DNA of 64,000 bases from Hormiphora californensis (GCA_020137815.1 CM035357.1:6882001-6946000); one strand, 5' to 3'; positions 1-14,068 are shown, counted from the first letter of the stretch. The notes: generated by a model not told the origin, from the letters alone. A program made the numbers and translations.

Positions 1-1640
1 CCATGAGCTGGTCTCGGGTTACAAGTGAAGTTAATTGATGTGTAGTTGTGGTAGTTAATGGGCACACAATAAGGATCGGCTGGAATTCCTAACTGTTAAA
101 TGGTTTGTTGGTTTGCATCTGTTGTTTTGCACATACTCGAACTGGTAAATGGACATGCAGGCTGATTTGGTCATGCATGGGGGTTGATGAAGTATTGAGC
201 TGTAACTCAGTAATTAGCATATGATTGAACCGGCCTCCGGCACTCGCCAGTTACACAGGCGTGTGTATGAAAGTGAGGAAAAGTGCGAGTGTGCTGTTGT
301 GTGTGCTTTGTGAGTGTGTACTGAGTGTACGCACGGAAGAGGTACATCAAGATTTTACCATGCATTATTGCCAGTGAAATAGGTTTCTCTATTGATGGTG
401 GGTTGATGTGTCCAATGCCCATATAACATATAATATCGCTAATGGCAAACATGCATTAGAGGGCACACCTTACGTTCGCACTTTGCTGATAAATCAGTCC
501 CGCATTCAAATTGTAAATTCGATCACTTGGCTACGAAAATAACAAATATATATGCTGATCCATGTACATTGCGGATCCATGTACATTGTACACTGTACAT
601 CATATCCACATAAAAACTAGATATATACCTGTATCGCTTGAACACAAGAATAGAGAATGCCACCAGTGCCAGTAGGAACTGAACTACAATACTGAATGAG
701 TTTGTGAGGTTACAGTTGTCTGCTGAGGTATCGTTCTTTGAATGGTCTTCAACAACTGTCTGGGTTGCTCCGTGCGTTGCCTGGGAAGGGTAACAAATCG
801 AGGGTAGCTAGTAGTTGTGATTAGAATTGAAGTTACTTGATTGAATGACGAATGCCAAATGGAAGTTTATACTATTAATCTGTATTTAGCAGTAAACTCG
901 TTAAAAGTTCGTTGTACACCCTTCTGTTACACTATCATTTGAAACATGACTTTGATTGAACAGATATTCAACACACATACCTTCATGAGGGCTATGAAGA
1001 GAAGGAAAAACACAGATGTTGTAGAGAACATTGTGAGAAAAATAAAGACTTTCTGACAGAAAACGGAAGTCTGCGTCCACCAACTATTGGCCATCTGCCA
1101 GCCAGCAGTTTTTCAGTTACATGGGCTAGAAAAGAAAGGTTATGTTTCCAGTTTCTTCTAAGTAACTCTGGCGGTTTTGAACAGAGGATTTTAATTTACG
1201 AGAAACAATGGATGGTAAAGAGAGTTTCGTGGCTTTGAGGATCCATATTTTCAGCTTTTGTGTGGTCCTCACAGTGAGGAGATAAGGACTTCCTTGGCCG
1301 CCGAATCATCAAAGTAATCTGTATCCATCTGCCATCATCATCATCATACAAATGTTTAATATTCCGCTTTGTAGTCTACTGCTAGAAGAGCACTTACATA
1401 TGCTAAATCACACACAGGCAAAACTAACGACTTTCTAAAGCGGTGAAGCCTACTTCGAATCGCTCGGTAACACATACAACTTGTGTATAGGCCCAGGCCA
1501 TTCGAAGGAGGCTCCAATACTCACAATTCGAGAAACCAATTAGAATAATTAATGTCTGTTGTCAATTAAGTCCTTGTATATACATTTTATATAACTATTA
1601 GAGTCCAGATCTTCATGCATTAGATAATTAGTTATTAGTT

Positions 1641-1920
1641 AATTATACCAAAACTAATTGAAATTAGCAGGCCGGAAAGGTCGCCGCACGATCTGAGCCA
1701 CCCCTGCCACCGTAACATTCACGGGTTACAGACAGGGTATAAAAGATGCTTCATCTATCTTCAAAAGGGAATGTACTGGTGCCAAAGGTAGCTCAAATCA
1801 CACGGCAACCCCCCCGGCCCACCAATTTCAATTAGTTTTGGTATAATTTGCATCATTTTTGGGACTTTTTATCCATTTAGATGTAGTAGAACAGGTAGGG
1901 AGAGGATGGAATCGCGAAAT
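1641..1920. mobile_element. Remnant (terminal hairpin plus start of arm) of the CACTGCGC/hairpin element family
   Basis: Inverted repeat AATTATACCAAAACTAATTGAAATT..AATTTCAATTAGTTTTGGTATAATT (1641-1848); its loop and right flank closely match 47025-47300. Confidence 0.8.
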
Positions 1921-2553
1921 TGACTGGAGCGATGGGTGCAGAGGGCTGGGGCTTCAGTGGCCTGTGGGAATCCAATATCAAGGTAATATTCCAGCGCTGA
2001 CGGCATACAGTAATCAGAGACTAAGCTAGGCTTTTCCTGGTGTTTTTCGGGCTGGGGGAAGTGAGGAACGAGAGAATTTTTCACGTTTTCAAATTTTTCT
2101 TAAAATTTTTCTTAAATCTTTTCAAAAATGAAATCGCGTGGAAGATGAAATTCAAAGCGCGCACCTAAGAAAGCAGCGCTTTTACAAAAATAACTCGCGT
2201 GTTCCATTTTGTGCCCAATTTGGCGTCGCAGTTATAATTTCCCCGAGCTAGGCCGCGGCGCTTTTTAAAAACTTCCAAAAAGTTTCAGATTTTGAATTTT
2301 TGAATTTTCAATTTTGATCGAACAAGTCAGTTTACTGTCGAATGTCGACGCACTTTGCCGGTTGTACAGGTGTCTAATGTACACTTATATTGGGTTCAAC
2401 AAATTCTAGATATTTTGACGCTCGCGAGTCGCGGCTCGTGGCTCGTGGCTACTGCCTACTACTGGCTCAGCTGTCCACTTTAACTTAATTCTTAAACTAA
2501 ACTTCAACTTAAACTTATATCTGTGTATGTAATAATCACCATTTTAAATAGTC

Positions 2554-3446
2554 ATGGATTTGGAATGTGTTGCTGAAAATTCTCATACTACATCGGTTAT
2601 AAAATCTCCCATCCCGCCACCCACCTTGACAGAACCCTGCTGTGTTGGTATCGACGAGGCAGGTCGGGGCCCTGTACTGGGACCCATGGTGTACGGTATA
2701 GCTTACTGCCCTGTCTCAAAGATACCCGATCTAACAGAACTGGGTGTCAATGATTCGAAACAGCTGAAAGAAGCGGACAGGGAACGAATTTTGGCAGGAA
2801 TAAATGAAAACAATGACTACATCGGGTGGTGTGTTAAAGTTCTTTCCTCGAACTTCATTTCTAACTCAATGTTGGGTCGTGAGAACTACAACCTCAATGC
2901 TATGTCTCACGACACCGCTATCTCACTTCTCCAGGGCTCCTCGACAACGGGATCAATGTTCAAGATGTATATGTTGACACTGTCGGTCCTGCAGATAAAT
3001 ACCAAGCAAAGTTGAGTGGAATCTTCCCCGCTTTGAACATAACAGTAGCTTCCAAAGCGGATGCCAAGTATCCGATATGTGGTGCCAGCAGTATTTGTGC
3101 CAAGGTAGCCCGAGACAAATGTATCGAGACGTGGGCCAACCCAGAGAGTAACATGGATATATCGGAGTGTGGTAGTGGGTATCCTGGTGATCCTAATACC
3201 AAGGATTGGCTGAGGAGGAATGTTGATCCAGTTTTTGGGTTCCCCCAATTTGTCAGGTTCAGCTGGTCAACAGCAGAGAACATCATGGTGAAGGATTGTG
3301 TGAATGTAACTTGGGATGATGAGGAGGAAGAGGAGGAAAACGTCCCAAAAATTAACTCCTTTTTCAAAAATATCCAAAAAGAATCCGACATATCCCGGCA
3401 TCGGTTCTACCATGAGCAGGGGTTGAAATCAAAAACGGTTTTGTAG
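2554..3446 (+). CDS. RNASEH2A: Ribonuclease H2 catalytic subunit A, intronless, one apparent frameshift at GGG 2934-2936
   Basis: GIDEAGRGPVLGPMVY, DSKQL, SHDTA; adding one G at 2934-2936 gives LLDNGINVQDVYVDTVG in frame with KADAKYP..ASICAKV, GSGYPGDP and VFGFPQFVRFSW. Confidence 0.93.
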
Positions 3447-3615
3447 TGACATATTTGAGTATTTTTAACCAATATTTTAACTGTATTTTACTTGATATTT
3501 TATGATATATTCGATAGATAATTAAAACACCCTTTGTTTGTTATAGACATGTTCAATACTCATGATTAACCCTCACTCTTTTCTAGCAAACATACATGAC
3601 AAGTAACATCAGTTT

Positions 3616-5959
3616 ATGCGACTGACTCGGATCCTTTTTGCGATGGCTAAATCTAAAGTTATCTACGAGGATTACCGTCCCTTAGAGGAGCTGGTTCGAG
3701 GTCTCAACAATGGCTCCCTTTCCCGGTCTACCCTGCGAATAAACCAGAAGAACCATGTCATTTCCTTCGTAACAGGTGACAGTGCTTCAGATAAAGATAT
3801 TCTCATTGAAGGGACCTTCAAGAACAGAGCCCTAAATGGCGACCAAGTTGCATATGAAATCCTCCCAAAGGATCAGTGGAAGCTGAGGAAGACAGACCTG
3901 GCTCTCTCCCTGGTTGGGGGTGATAAGAGTGGAGAGGTGCCGGTCCAAATGAGCAATGAGGTGAAATATCGAGGTGTTATCCACACTGTTCACACCGTTG
4001 AGGAGCAGTTCCTTCAACGTACCGCCAAGGTTGTGGGGATTCTTGAGAAGGTTCACACTCGAAAAGCCATGGGATACGCTAAGGGGTACAACCAGAACTT
4101 TGCAATGTTCAGCCCCATTGATAGTCGTGTTCCGAGGTTGCTGATACCACTGAAAGAGTTCCCAGCGGGGTTTAGGGAGCGGCCAAAGGACTATGATGAC
4201 AATTTGATGGTTGCCAAGGTTGATCGGTGGGAGAGGGATGGTAAGTTTGCTTTTGGGACGCTCCTAAAAGCCATTGGATCGGGAACCGATGACCTGGTTG
4301 AATCAGCTACTGAGGGAATTCTAGACGAGTATGGATTGGACGCAACTGAATTCCCTGATGACATCAACACAGAAATCCCAGACTTCCAGATAACTGCTCA
4401 AGATGTGGCTGATAGAAGTAAGTTTGACTTCCGCAAGAAATGCGTTTTCACCATTGATCCAGCCACTGCCCGAGATCTTGATGATGCGTGTTCGGTTGAG
4501 AAGCTTCCAAACGGTAACTATGAGATAGGGGTACACATTGCTGATGTCAGTCATTTCGTGCTACCCGGTACACGGGTTGATGAGATAGCGAGAGAGCGAA
4601 CTACATCTATCTACATGGTTCAGAAAGTAATCCCAATGTTACCCAGAAAGTTGTGCGAAGATCTGTGTTCCCTGGTCCCCGGTGTCGATCGGTTCTCATT
4701 TTCTGTGGTGTGGGAGATGACGGGGGACGGGAAAGTGCTGTCAACAAAGTTTGGTAAAAGTCTGATTTGTTCCTGTGCTAAACTCCACTACGCCCATGCT
4801 CAGGATATGATTGAGGCGCCGGACCGGGATTTTGCTAAAGAAGACCTTCCCGAGATTTCTAACGGGTTCACTGCACAGGATCTAGTCGTGGAGGGTTAAC
4901 GTTCTTCACCGGATAGCACAGGTGTTCCGGGCGGGTAGGAAAGAGAAAGGTTCCATCTCGATCCAACAGTGTAAACTGAGTTTTGCTCTCAACGAGACAC
5001 GAGATATGCCACTAGGGTTGGGGAGCTACAAGAGTAAGGAAAGTAACAAACTGATCGAGGAATTCATGTTGAAAGCTAATGAGAGTGTAGGCTACTAAGT
5101 TATACGAAGTGTTACCCAGGTAACGCGATACTAAGGAAGACACCCCGGACCAAAGGAAAATGTGCTGGAAAGTAGTACAGAGCTCCTGAAACGTATGGGA
5201 CTGGAGATTGATACGAGCTCCTCTAAAGGCATGCAGGAGGCCCTTAACTCACACACAGTGGCAGGCCTCAAACCTACCCCTACAGGTCTTGTTATAGCAG
5301 TCCCTTCTTGCTAAGGCAATGACTCTAGCTACCTACCATAGCTTCGGGAGAGTTCGAGGACTTTCAAAGAGTATCATCATTATGGTCTCTCTATGGACTT
5401 GTACACCCACTTCACATCACCTATCAGACGATACCCCGATCTTATTGCACATCGCCAACTCCAGGCCATTTTGGAAGACTTGCCAAGAGGAGGAGGGACC
5501 CATGAGTTTTGACGAGGTGTCTGAGATAGCAGAACGGAGCTCCGGTAAAAAGTTTGCATCCAAACAGGCCAGTGATAAGAGTGGAGAGTTGTTCCTGTGG
5601 TTGTTTGTCCGGGAACAAGGCTTGGTCTTGGAGGAGGGGGTTGTCATTGAGATAGGAGATCAGAGTATAGATATTCTAGTGTTACGGTTCGGTCTGCAGG
5701 ATCCGGGTTTGGAGAGATTTCCTGGGCGATGGCGCTGAATTCCAGTCGAAAGAGAAGCACTGGGCACATATATCATGGCCGGCCAAGGGTGAATTGAAGG
5801 CTGAGAGTGTGCGGTATGAGTTGCTTGGATAAAGTTGTGGTGGGGATTAAAGCGGGAAAACAGCTATTCAAGACATCGGGTGTCCTGCCTAGACCGGGTA
5901 GCCTGGCCGGGAAGGACCTTGTGACATATGATGGTGTTTACTCACCAGAGGATGTTTGA
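3616..5959 (+). CDS. DIS3L2: DIS3-like 3'-5' exoribonuclease 2 (RNase II/RNB family), intronless, several single-base indels in the 3' half
   Basis: [57 protein letters not shown]; after frame correction [13 protein letters not shown] (~5040) and [26 protein letters not shown] (~5375-5460); no N-terminal PIN domain; probable stop TGA 5957-5959. Confidence 0.85.
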
Positions 5960-6277
5960 GTGTTTTACATTTTCAGAGAGAGGGAGCTGCTGACGTTTTA
6001 TATTTCGTTTCTTGTGTTCAACATAACAAGCTGTATGGAAGTCGTCCTTCCATCACACAGGTCCCGTGATAGACTATGACGGAGGGCGCGGCGACTCACT
6101 TGTTGACCCTATCCCGCGCGATACACTCCCAATTCCGTGCGCGCGCGGGTCCTGTCTCTGTCATCACGTGACTTGTGTGTATGTCTGGCACTGTGACATC
6201 AGAGCTCACATTGTGTTGTTCAGTGTAATTGGCAGTTTTTCAATCAGTTTCCATTTCTCTGTTTCTATAGCTCTCCC

Positions 6278-6475
6278 ATGGCTGTGGATCCTCTGCCCGT
6301 GCTGAGTGAGAATCCCTACTTCAAGACGCTGTGTAGGGTCCTGGACGAGCATTTTAATCTGTTCAAGAAGACTGTGAACGATGAATTTCGGCAGTATGAA
6401 ATTTGGCAGGTAAAATAATGCAGTTAAACGTTTTTTCTCACATGATAGATGCTTTTATAAGTTATAGCTCCATTT

Positions 6476-6518
<43 letters not shown>

Positions 6519-9500
6519 CCCCCCTCTCTCTCTCTCTCACTCAGGTGATGCTGATAACGGTCGCCATGACACTGATGTCTGAGGCAATACTCAACTTCCT
6601 AATCCAAGATGAACCACTACTTCGGAGGCTGAAAAAGGGATTTTTCCGAATTGCACGGAAATCTCCCATTGTGGGAGGTATAATTCGAGAGAAAGTGGAG
6701 AAGACGAAGCGAGAGATGGCGTCAGATGGTCCTTGGGTACTTCCCGAAGGTAACAATTGTGGAATCGTCGTACCACCCCCCACGTAAAAACCGTTTATTG
6801 GGAGCTTTTCTATAGTTATGTAACCTTTCGGTTTATTCCCCGACTTGCTGTCTAGAAAATATTCTCGGGGGAAGGGCGAGGGAAGGGAGATAGAGGGAGG
6901 GAAGATGTCACAAAACTTCGTAGGCGGCAGGGGTGATGGGTACCTTGGGAATATTCAACGTAGTTCATTATAAAATATTAACACTTCGACGTTTCTATTT
7001 TATCTGTAGATATTTTGACTAAACAGTGTGGAGCGTCGAACAAAACATCGCGGGTGGGGGTGCCATTTTAACGTTTCTATTTTGTCTGTGGAAGCTGTAT
7101 TTTCCGAGGGCAACTAGCAAAAAATCGTGGGTGGGGTGCCTATCTGACATATAAATTATAAATAACCCAATTCCTCCCCCATGATACGTAATGCTTCTTC
7201 TAAATTTACCCCTCTCCCACCCAGGTCACAGTTACAGGAAGACACTGCCCGAGGAAGGATTCAAAGACCCCGAACTGTGGAAGGAGATTGATCACTATGG
7301 CTCGTTGAATGATGTCAACTGGCAAAAGGGAAGGTGTTCTGGGACAATTTATTGTGCTGAGAATGACAACAATGAGCTACTTAGTGAGGTTAGTTATATA
7401 TTGGATTGTCTAGCTATCTTTTTGAACATCTAGTAGTAGTAGACATAGTCAGAAACACCAAATGAATACCTAATTGATCCCTGTCCATGATACTCGAAGA
7501 AACCCTCAAATTACACGTTATTATATTTAGTATTTACCAATGTGGATCCATTTTATTTTGATGTGTTCTTCAGAAGAAGAGAGAACTTCATCTGAACCAC
7601 GTACTCCGATTTGATCTAGGCGGCGTTTGACAGGTGTCAAGTCCCGAAAGTTGTTCTCGATATTTAATCTTCTTCTCGAGATATAATCTAGTAGTACTTG
7701 ACAGGCAGCATACAACGATCCCCTCATACTGCAGCTTTAGCGATCCATCCTTCAGCCTTCACTATAATACTTGTCCATGGAATAGCTACAAGAGAACAAT
7801 CCCCAATGTGTGTTCTAGGTCTATAAGAGGTATTGCTGGACTAATCCCCAATACGTGTTCCAGGTCTATAAGAGGTATTGCTGGACTAATCCCCTGCACG
7901 TTGAGTGTTTCAAGGATGTTAGGAAGATGGAGGCAGAGATTGTGGCTATGTGCGGGAAGTTATTTCATCACCCAGATCGGGTAGGTGTGGTTTTTTTTGC
8001 TCTCCTCGCAACCCTCTTTTACAAATGTAAAGAAGGGTTAGAACATGAACAAGGGCAGGTGTGGTTTTCATTCCGGGTGTCTATGATTCCATTATTAATA
8101 CCATTATGATACCACTATGATACCATTCTGTATTAGCTTTCTCGAAAATTCTTCGAAAATTCATTTCAATGCCATCATTATACCAAAAATAACTGTAGTA
8201 ATTAGTACATAACTGGAACATAATGTAAACATGGTTGTGTGCCAGATGTAAACTTTTCAACTTACCAGTCACAGATCTCTACATTTCTCACTTTATTTCT
8301 CTCTTTCACTATTTCTCTCTCACTTCTTTCTACCTCGGTCTCATATATACCAAAATGAAATTAAATAAAAGTTTTACCCCAATCTAGTCGTACAAATGAA
8401 AGTTCCGTCTCACCTTGGTAATTGTATGATTAAAATATTGACTAACTTCACCGGAAAGTTGTATGCCCTTTAATTGAAATTTGATTTGACATGACTGTCT
8501 TTAAGGCGTGAGACAACTATAATCATTATAAAGGCTTCAATGACGCACGATATAGCTTGTGCGGTAGGGGGTTATATAATATACCATCATCCCCCTCCGG
8601 CCTCCATAGAACCTTAGAAAGCTGTCGGTGATCTACCCCACTCGCCTTTAGTAAGCCATTAGTCAGTACCTTTCTTCCCAATTACAACCTACAGTACCCT
8701 CCTTCCCAATAACAACCTAGTAATCACCACCGGGACGTAGGACCCCACCACCCCATTCCAAGTACCTATCGTTATCCAACCACCACCCTCTCTCTCTCTC
8801 TCTCCAGGTATATGGAAGTGTTACGAGTGGGGGAACTGAATCCATCCTCATGTCCATGAAGACCCACAGAGATTGGGGACGGGAGGTGAAAGGAATCAGT
8901 AAACCTAATATTGTCGTACCAAAGACGGCTCACCCTGCATTTGATAAAGCAGCCGCATACTTCAAAATACACATCATACACATTGAGGTTTGTGTTGTTT
9001 GACAGTCACTGTAATATCGTTCAGAATATAATCTCTCCAGAATATAGATCTTTTTTGAATACCCACGAATTCGTTAGCCTCTATAGATTGATTCAGCTAA
9101 ATAGACAGTTTAAGATCTAAAAGTCTCACTTTGCAAGTTTAACACAAAATGGTTGGGCTCTGAAGGTGGTATCATATGATTTCACTTGTCACCATCTATT
9201 TTTGATGATTTCATCATTACGTAGTGGATGGAGTTTTATTAAATGTCAACTCTGTGAACGTTGCTTCAGCTGGTGGAGTGATTCGCAATCAATTAAAGCG
9301 AAACAACGATTTTGTAGTACTAATGTTCAATTAAGAACAGTACGTAGGTCGTAATCATTCGGGTTAAGTGTGTTGTTAGGATGGGAGTGAAAAGGCCAAA
9401 GCCGGTAGAAGTTTTATGTCTTGATCATATATTTCACTTAGCCATTTTCCATACTCAGTTCATACTCAACACAATATAATACAAAGCTACAAAAACTTCT

Positions 9501-12500
9501 ATAAGCTCTTCGCCCAGATTGAGTATTGCACAACATGCTGTTACGGGGGTTGTGCAACATCAACCTCAATATTACACATGACATGGAGTACTGCCACTTC
9601 ACATGTGTAATCTTGACGTTTATATTAATTGAATATTAATTGAATATTGGAGGATGCAGTTCCCACGCACACCCCCCTTTACTAATGTGTGACGTCACCT
9701 TGACAGAAAAGAGAAAAAAGACTATGAAAAGATGAAACTATTGACAGAAAAGAGAAGATAAAACTATCTTGACAGGAAAGAGAGACCCTTGATCGCGTCA
9801 TAGTCTATCCACGTGCCCTGTTAAATAGTAACATGTCAGTTACCAGACTAGGTATTTTCAATAAATAGACCACCCACAACTGCAGCAGCAGCCACCCACG
9901 GCTGGTCACGTGTTTACTGTTAAGTCTCCTACCTATTGGGCACCCCTCCACTAAGTTTATCCATCTCTTGCCCTCTCTTGCCGGTTGCCCTCTTCTTTTT
10001 TCAAATACCTCTCCATCCAGGCCTTCTTCTTTATTTCAGAGCCACATGTTAACTCCCATAATAATGTTCTGCAGGTTGATCCAGTTACCTATGCAGTTAA
10101 CCCCCAATAATGTTCTGCAGGTTGACCCAGTTACCTATGCAGTTTACCCCCAATAATGTTCTGCAGGTTGACCCAGTTACCTATGCAGTTAACCCCCAAT
10201 AATGTTCTGCAGGTTGACCCAGTTACCTATGCAGTTAACCCCCAATAATGTTCTGCAGGTTGACCCAGTTACCTATGTAGTTAACCCTGCTGATGTGGCC
10301 CGGGCAGTTAATTCCAATACTGTGTGTATCGTGGGCTCGGCTCCACAGTATCCCCATGGAATTATGGATGATTTCGTGGCCCTTAGTGAGATTGCTGTCA
10401 GGTAAAAACAACCAATTGCCAAGCTAGACTGCCATTCGCACGCTCCGAACGTATAAAATGGAGCTTTCGTTTCATCTCTCTCTCGGATACATTAGATACT
10501 TCAGTGGTTACCCCACGCTCGACCACCTAACAACTTCCTCCCTCAGGCACGATATTGGTCTCCACGTTGATTCCTGTCTTGGTGGATTCCTCATCCCCTT
10601 CATGGAGGATGCTGGATTTCCATTACCCCTCTTTGATTTCCGGTTACCAGGGGTTACCGCTGTCTCCATAGACACCCATAAATACGGTTACACCTACAAG
10701 GGATCCTCAGTAGTCCTCTACAGGTACTTGAATCACATCGCTCATTAATTACTTATTGATCATAATCCAACAGCGCCGTTGTGGGGGCCGTGTAGCTTGA
10801 TCTACCTGTCATGCAAATATGCTCTGACCACAGTTCTCGCACGCTCCTTATTCGAAAGAAATGAGAATAGGGTCAGGCCAATGTTTATGACATGACAGTG
10901 ATCTATCGAACCCTCGCTGACCGGTGTGAGTTACACCTGCCAAAACACCCTACAATGATCCAACATTCCACTTCAGGAGTTTTGAAATGTTTGGTCACCA
11001 GATAACTAGTACTAGCGACTGGGCGGGTGGTGTGTACGCCTCGCCCTCCGTAGCAGGAAGTCGTCCTGGAGCAAATATCGCAGTTACCTGGGCATCCATG
11101 ATGAGCTTCGGGCACAAAGGTAAGGTTTTCTGCTTGGAATTGCAGCGGTATTTTTAGCTATTTTATATTTGCATTCATTGGTTTTTCTTCCCAGCACCAC
11201 GGAAACCAAAGATTGTTCAATAACTGATTATCGTGCCCCACCCTCATTCCTCCAAACTTTCAGAGCATATAGTTGAGTTCCTTTTTTGGAGAAAAACATA
11301 GAAATATTTTACCAGAGCATGTTTGCGTCGCGAAATTGAATTTCAATTGGTGATTGCAGTTTCAGTCAAACCATTCAATCGAATTCCAATTCTGAATAAT
11401 GAAATCTGAGCAAGAATTACTTCCTGAATTCCAATTCATGATTCGAGACGTAAACCAGCTCTAGTTAAATCTCTTATCATACCTGGCGAAAAAAGTTTTT
11501 TTTTGTAATTAAAACAGTAACCACTTGATGGTTTGGTATCGCCGCACCTTTGACAATGAGATATCAGTACAGTACGAATATCACGTACTGCACAGTCAGA
11601 TAGCAGCTGCACTCAATTGAGCCGATCATGTCTGAGTTTCTCTTCCTTGCTAAAACCATCAATAATTCTCTCCCTACCCGACTACTTAAAGAGCACCTCG
11701 TCGCGTTAAAACTATTCGTAGAACCCAGCTTCCTTCTTTAGAACACATGAAAACTTCCTCTAACTCTTAACGTTTTTAGGTTATGTAGCTGCAACGAAAG
11801 AAGTTATTAACGGAGCCCGATACTTTATTCAAGGACTGCTTAAAATCGAAGGAATTAAGGTAAAATTGAAAGATTGCTTATTATGTATTTAATCCCATGT
11901 CCCATCGCCCCCCTCGAAGATCTTCTGGTCAAGGTTTATACCGCTCTCCACGGGTAATGCTGTCACAAACATAATGTGGTTTATTAATAGCATAAATCAG
12001 GACAATTCATGAGAAAATTCCATAATGTTCTACACCGGGGGGGGGGGGGGGTCCAACCTATTTTTTGTATGTTTGTACGGAAAAAAACAAGTGTTTCCTC
12101 AAACAATAAAATACAAAAAAATACAAAAAAGTACAAAAAAATACAAAAAAATAAAACGGGGTATAAATGATTAAACAAAGCTTTTCCTCGCCCCCATGAC
12201 CGCCCTGTTTGTAACGTAACTAATTGTATTGTCTGTCCTTGTATGTCGGGTAAATATGACTGTAGCGTGAAGGGTGTTGTGTATAACATCACGTGTTGTA
12301 TATGTGGTGATTTCTATGTTGGAGTCTCCAACATAGAAACTTGGAGAAACATCACGACCTATTCATGACCGTTTTCTCGAACACAGACAAGCCGCTACTA
12401 CACCACACAAACACCCAAGTAATGGTATCGCTTGTCATTATCTAGAGAAACACAAAGGAATACTACCTTCCCTGAAACTCGAGATATTGGCGAGCGGTAC

Positions 12501-14068
12501 CACGAATACCATCAAACGCAAGATTATTGAAGCTAGCTATATCAAGCGATTAAAACCAGAGCTAAATAACAAAGACGAGTGTGAACTAGTACAATCTTTT
12601 CTGCTCTGATTGTGACGTATATTGTACAGATATAATTGTAGTTCCGTGTGAGGATAAGTGACCGAATGAGAGAGAGGGAGAGAGAGAAGGTGTGAGTATG
12701 TGAGAAAGTGAGTAGTATAGTTCTTATTGATATTTAAGTAATTGAGTGATTTATTAACTAACATTTCTTTTCTATTTATAGCTGATGATGACGTTAAACG
12801 TCGAAACCGTCCCGTATTATCTTTCCTGAAATAAATCTCCGAGTCGTCTACAGTCCCAAATAAACACTATTTCATTGCTTTTCTGATCGTTGAAACTTTA
12901 GTTTATGATCATAATTGTGTCATAAATTCCTATTAAACTGTGGTTTCATACAAAATTAGCATCTTTTTCTTATAATTGGAAGATAAAAACATGTTTTAAT
13001 CATGTTTTAATTGTTCTTTATCAAAACACAAGGAAATATTCTATTCAAAATTTTCGAAATATCTGAATCAATGATGTTTACTTTTTCGAATTTCGAATGA
13101 AAGATAATAAATACACGACAAACGTTCCCAGGTGGTACATTAGCACAAAAGGAACCCGTCCATGAACTTTTACTAGGCCACCTCCATAATTTGTTGTACT
13201 TCTTTTGTACTGTTTGTACGAAAAATCGGAATTTCTAAGAGAGAAAATCTTTCCAAATCGAAATTTCTATCCAAGAAAGTATTATCGAATCGCAATTTCT
13301 AAGCGAGAGAAATTTTCCCGAATCGCAATTTCTTACCGAGAAATTTTTCTCGAATCGTATTTTCTAAGCGAGAAATTTACCCGAATCGCAATTTCTTACC
13401 GAGAAAATTTTCTCGAATCGTATTTTCTAAGCGAGAAATTTCCCCGAATCGCAATTTCTTACCGAGAAAATTTTCTCGAATAGTATTTTCTAAGCGAGAA
13501 ATTTCCCCGAATCGCAATTTCTTACCGAGAAAATTTTCTCGAATAGTATTTTCTAAGCGAGAAATTTCCTCGAATCGCAATTTCTTACCGAGAAAATTTT
13601 CTCGAATCGTATTTTATAAGCGAGAAATTTCCCCGAATCTCAATTTCTTACCGAAAAAATTTCTCGAATCGTATTTTCTAAGCGAGAAATTTCCCCGAAT
13701 CGCAATTTCTTACCGAGAAAATTATCCCGAATCGAAATTAGTACCGAGAAAGTGATCTCCAAATTTTCTCGTAATCGTAATCTGAATCAATGATTTTGCT
13801 TTTTCGAATTTCAAAAACGTGTACTTTTACATACTTTTTTTTGTACTTTTAGCAGGAACATTGATGACAATGGAACTGAAAACGTTCCTAGGTGGTACAT
13901 GAACATAAACGGAACCCAGCTATGTATTATTTATACTTTTATCAGGCACCCACATCCTTAAATATTTTTTTGTATTTTTTTGTATTGTTTGTATGGAAAA
14001 AAACAGGAATTTCGGATACTTTTATGTATGGTCCGTACAAAAAAGTACAAAAAATAGGTTGGAACCCC

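Noticed and set aside
1-1600. Short ORFs at the window start
   Set aside because: No recognisable motifs or consistent splice structure
2930-2940. Programmed frameshift in RNASEH2A
   Set aside because: No slippery heptamer; a homopolymer indel like others in the window
6164-6172. CLEAR/E-box TCACGTGAC upstream of SGPL1
   Set aside because: Short motif also present at 31821 and 39715 in non-promoter contexts
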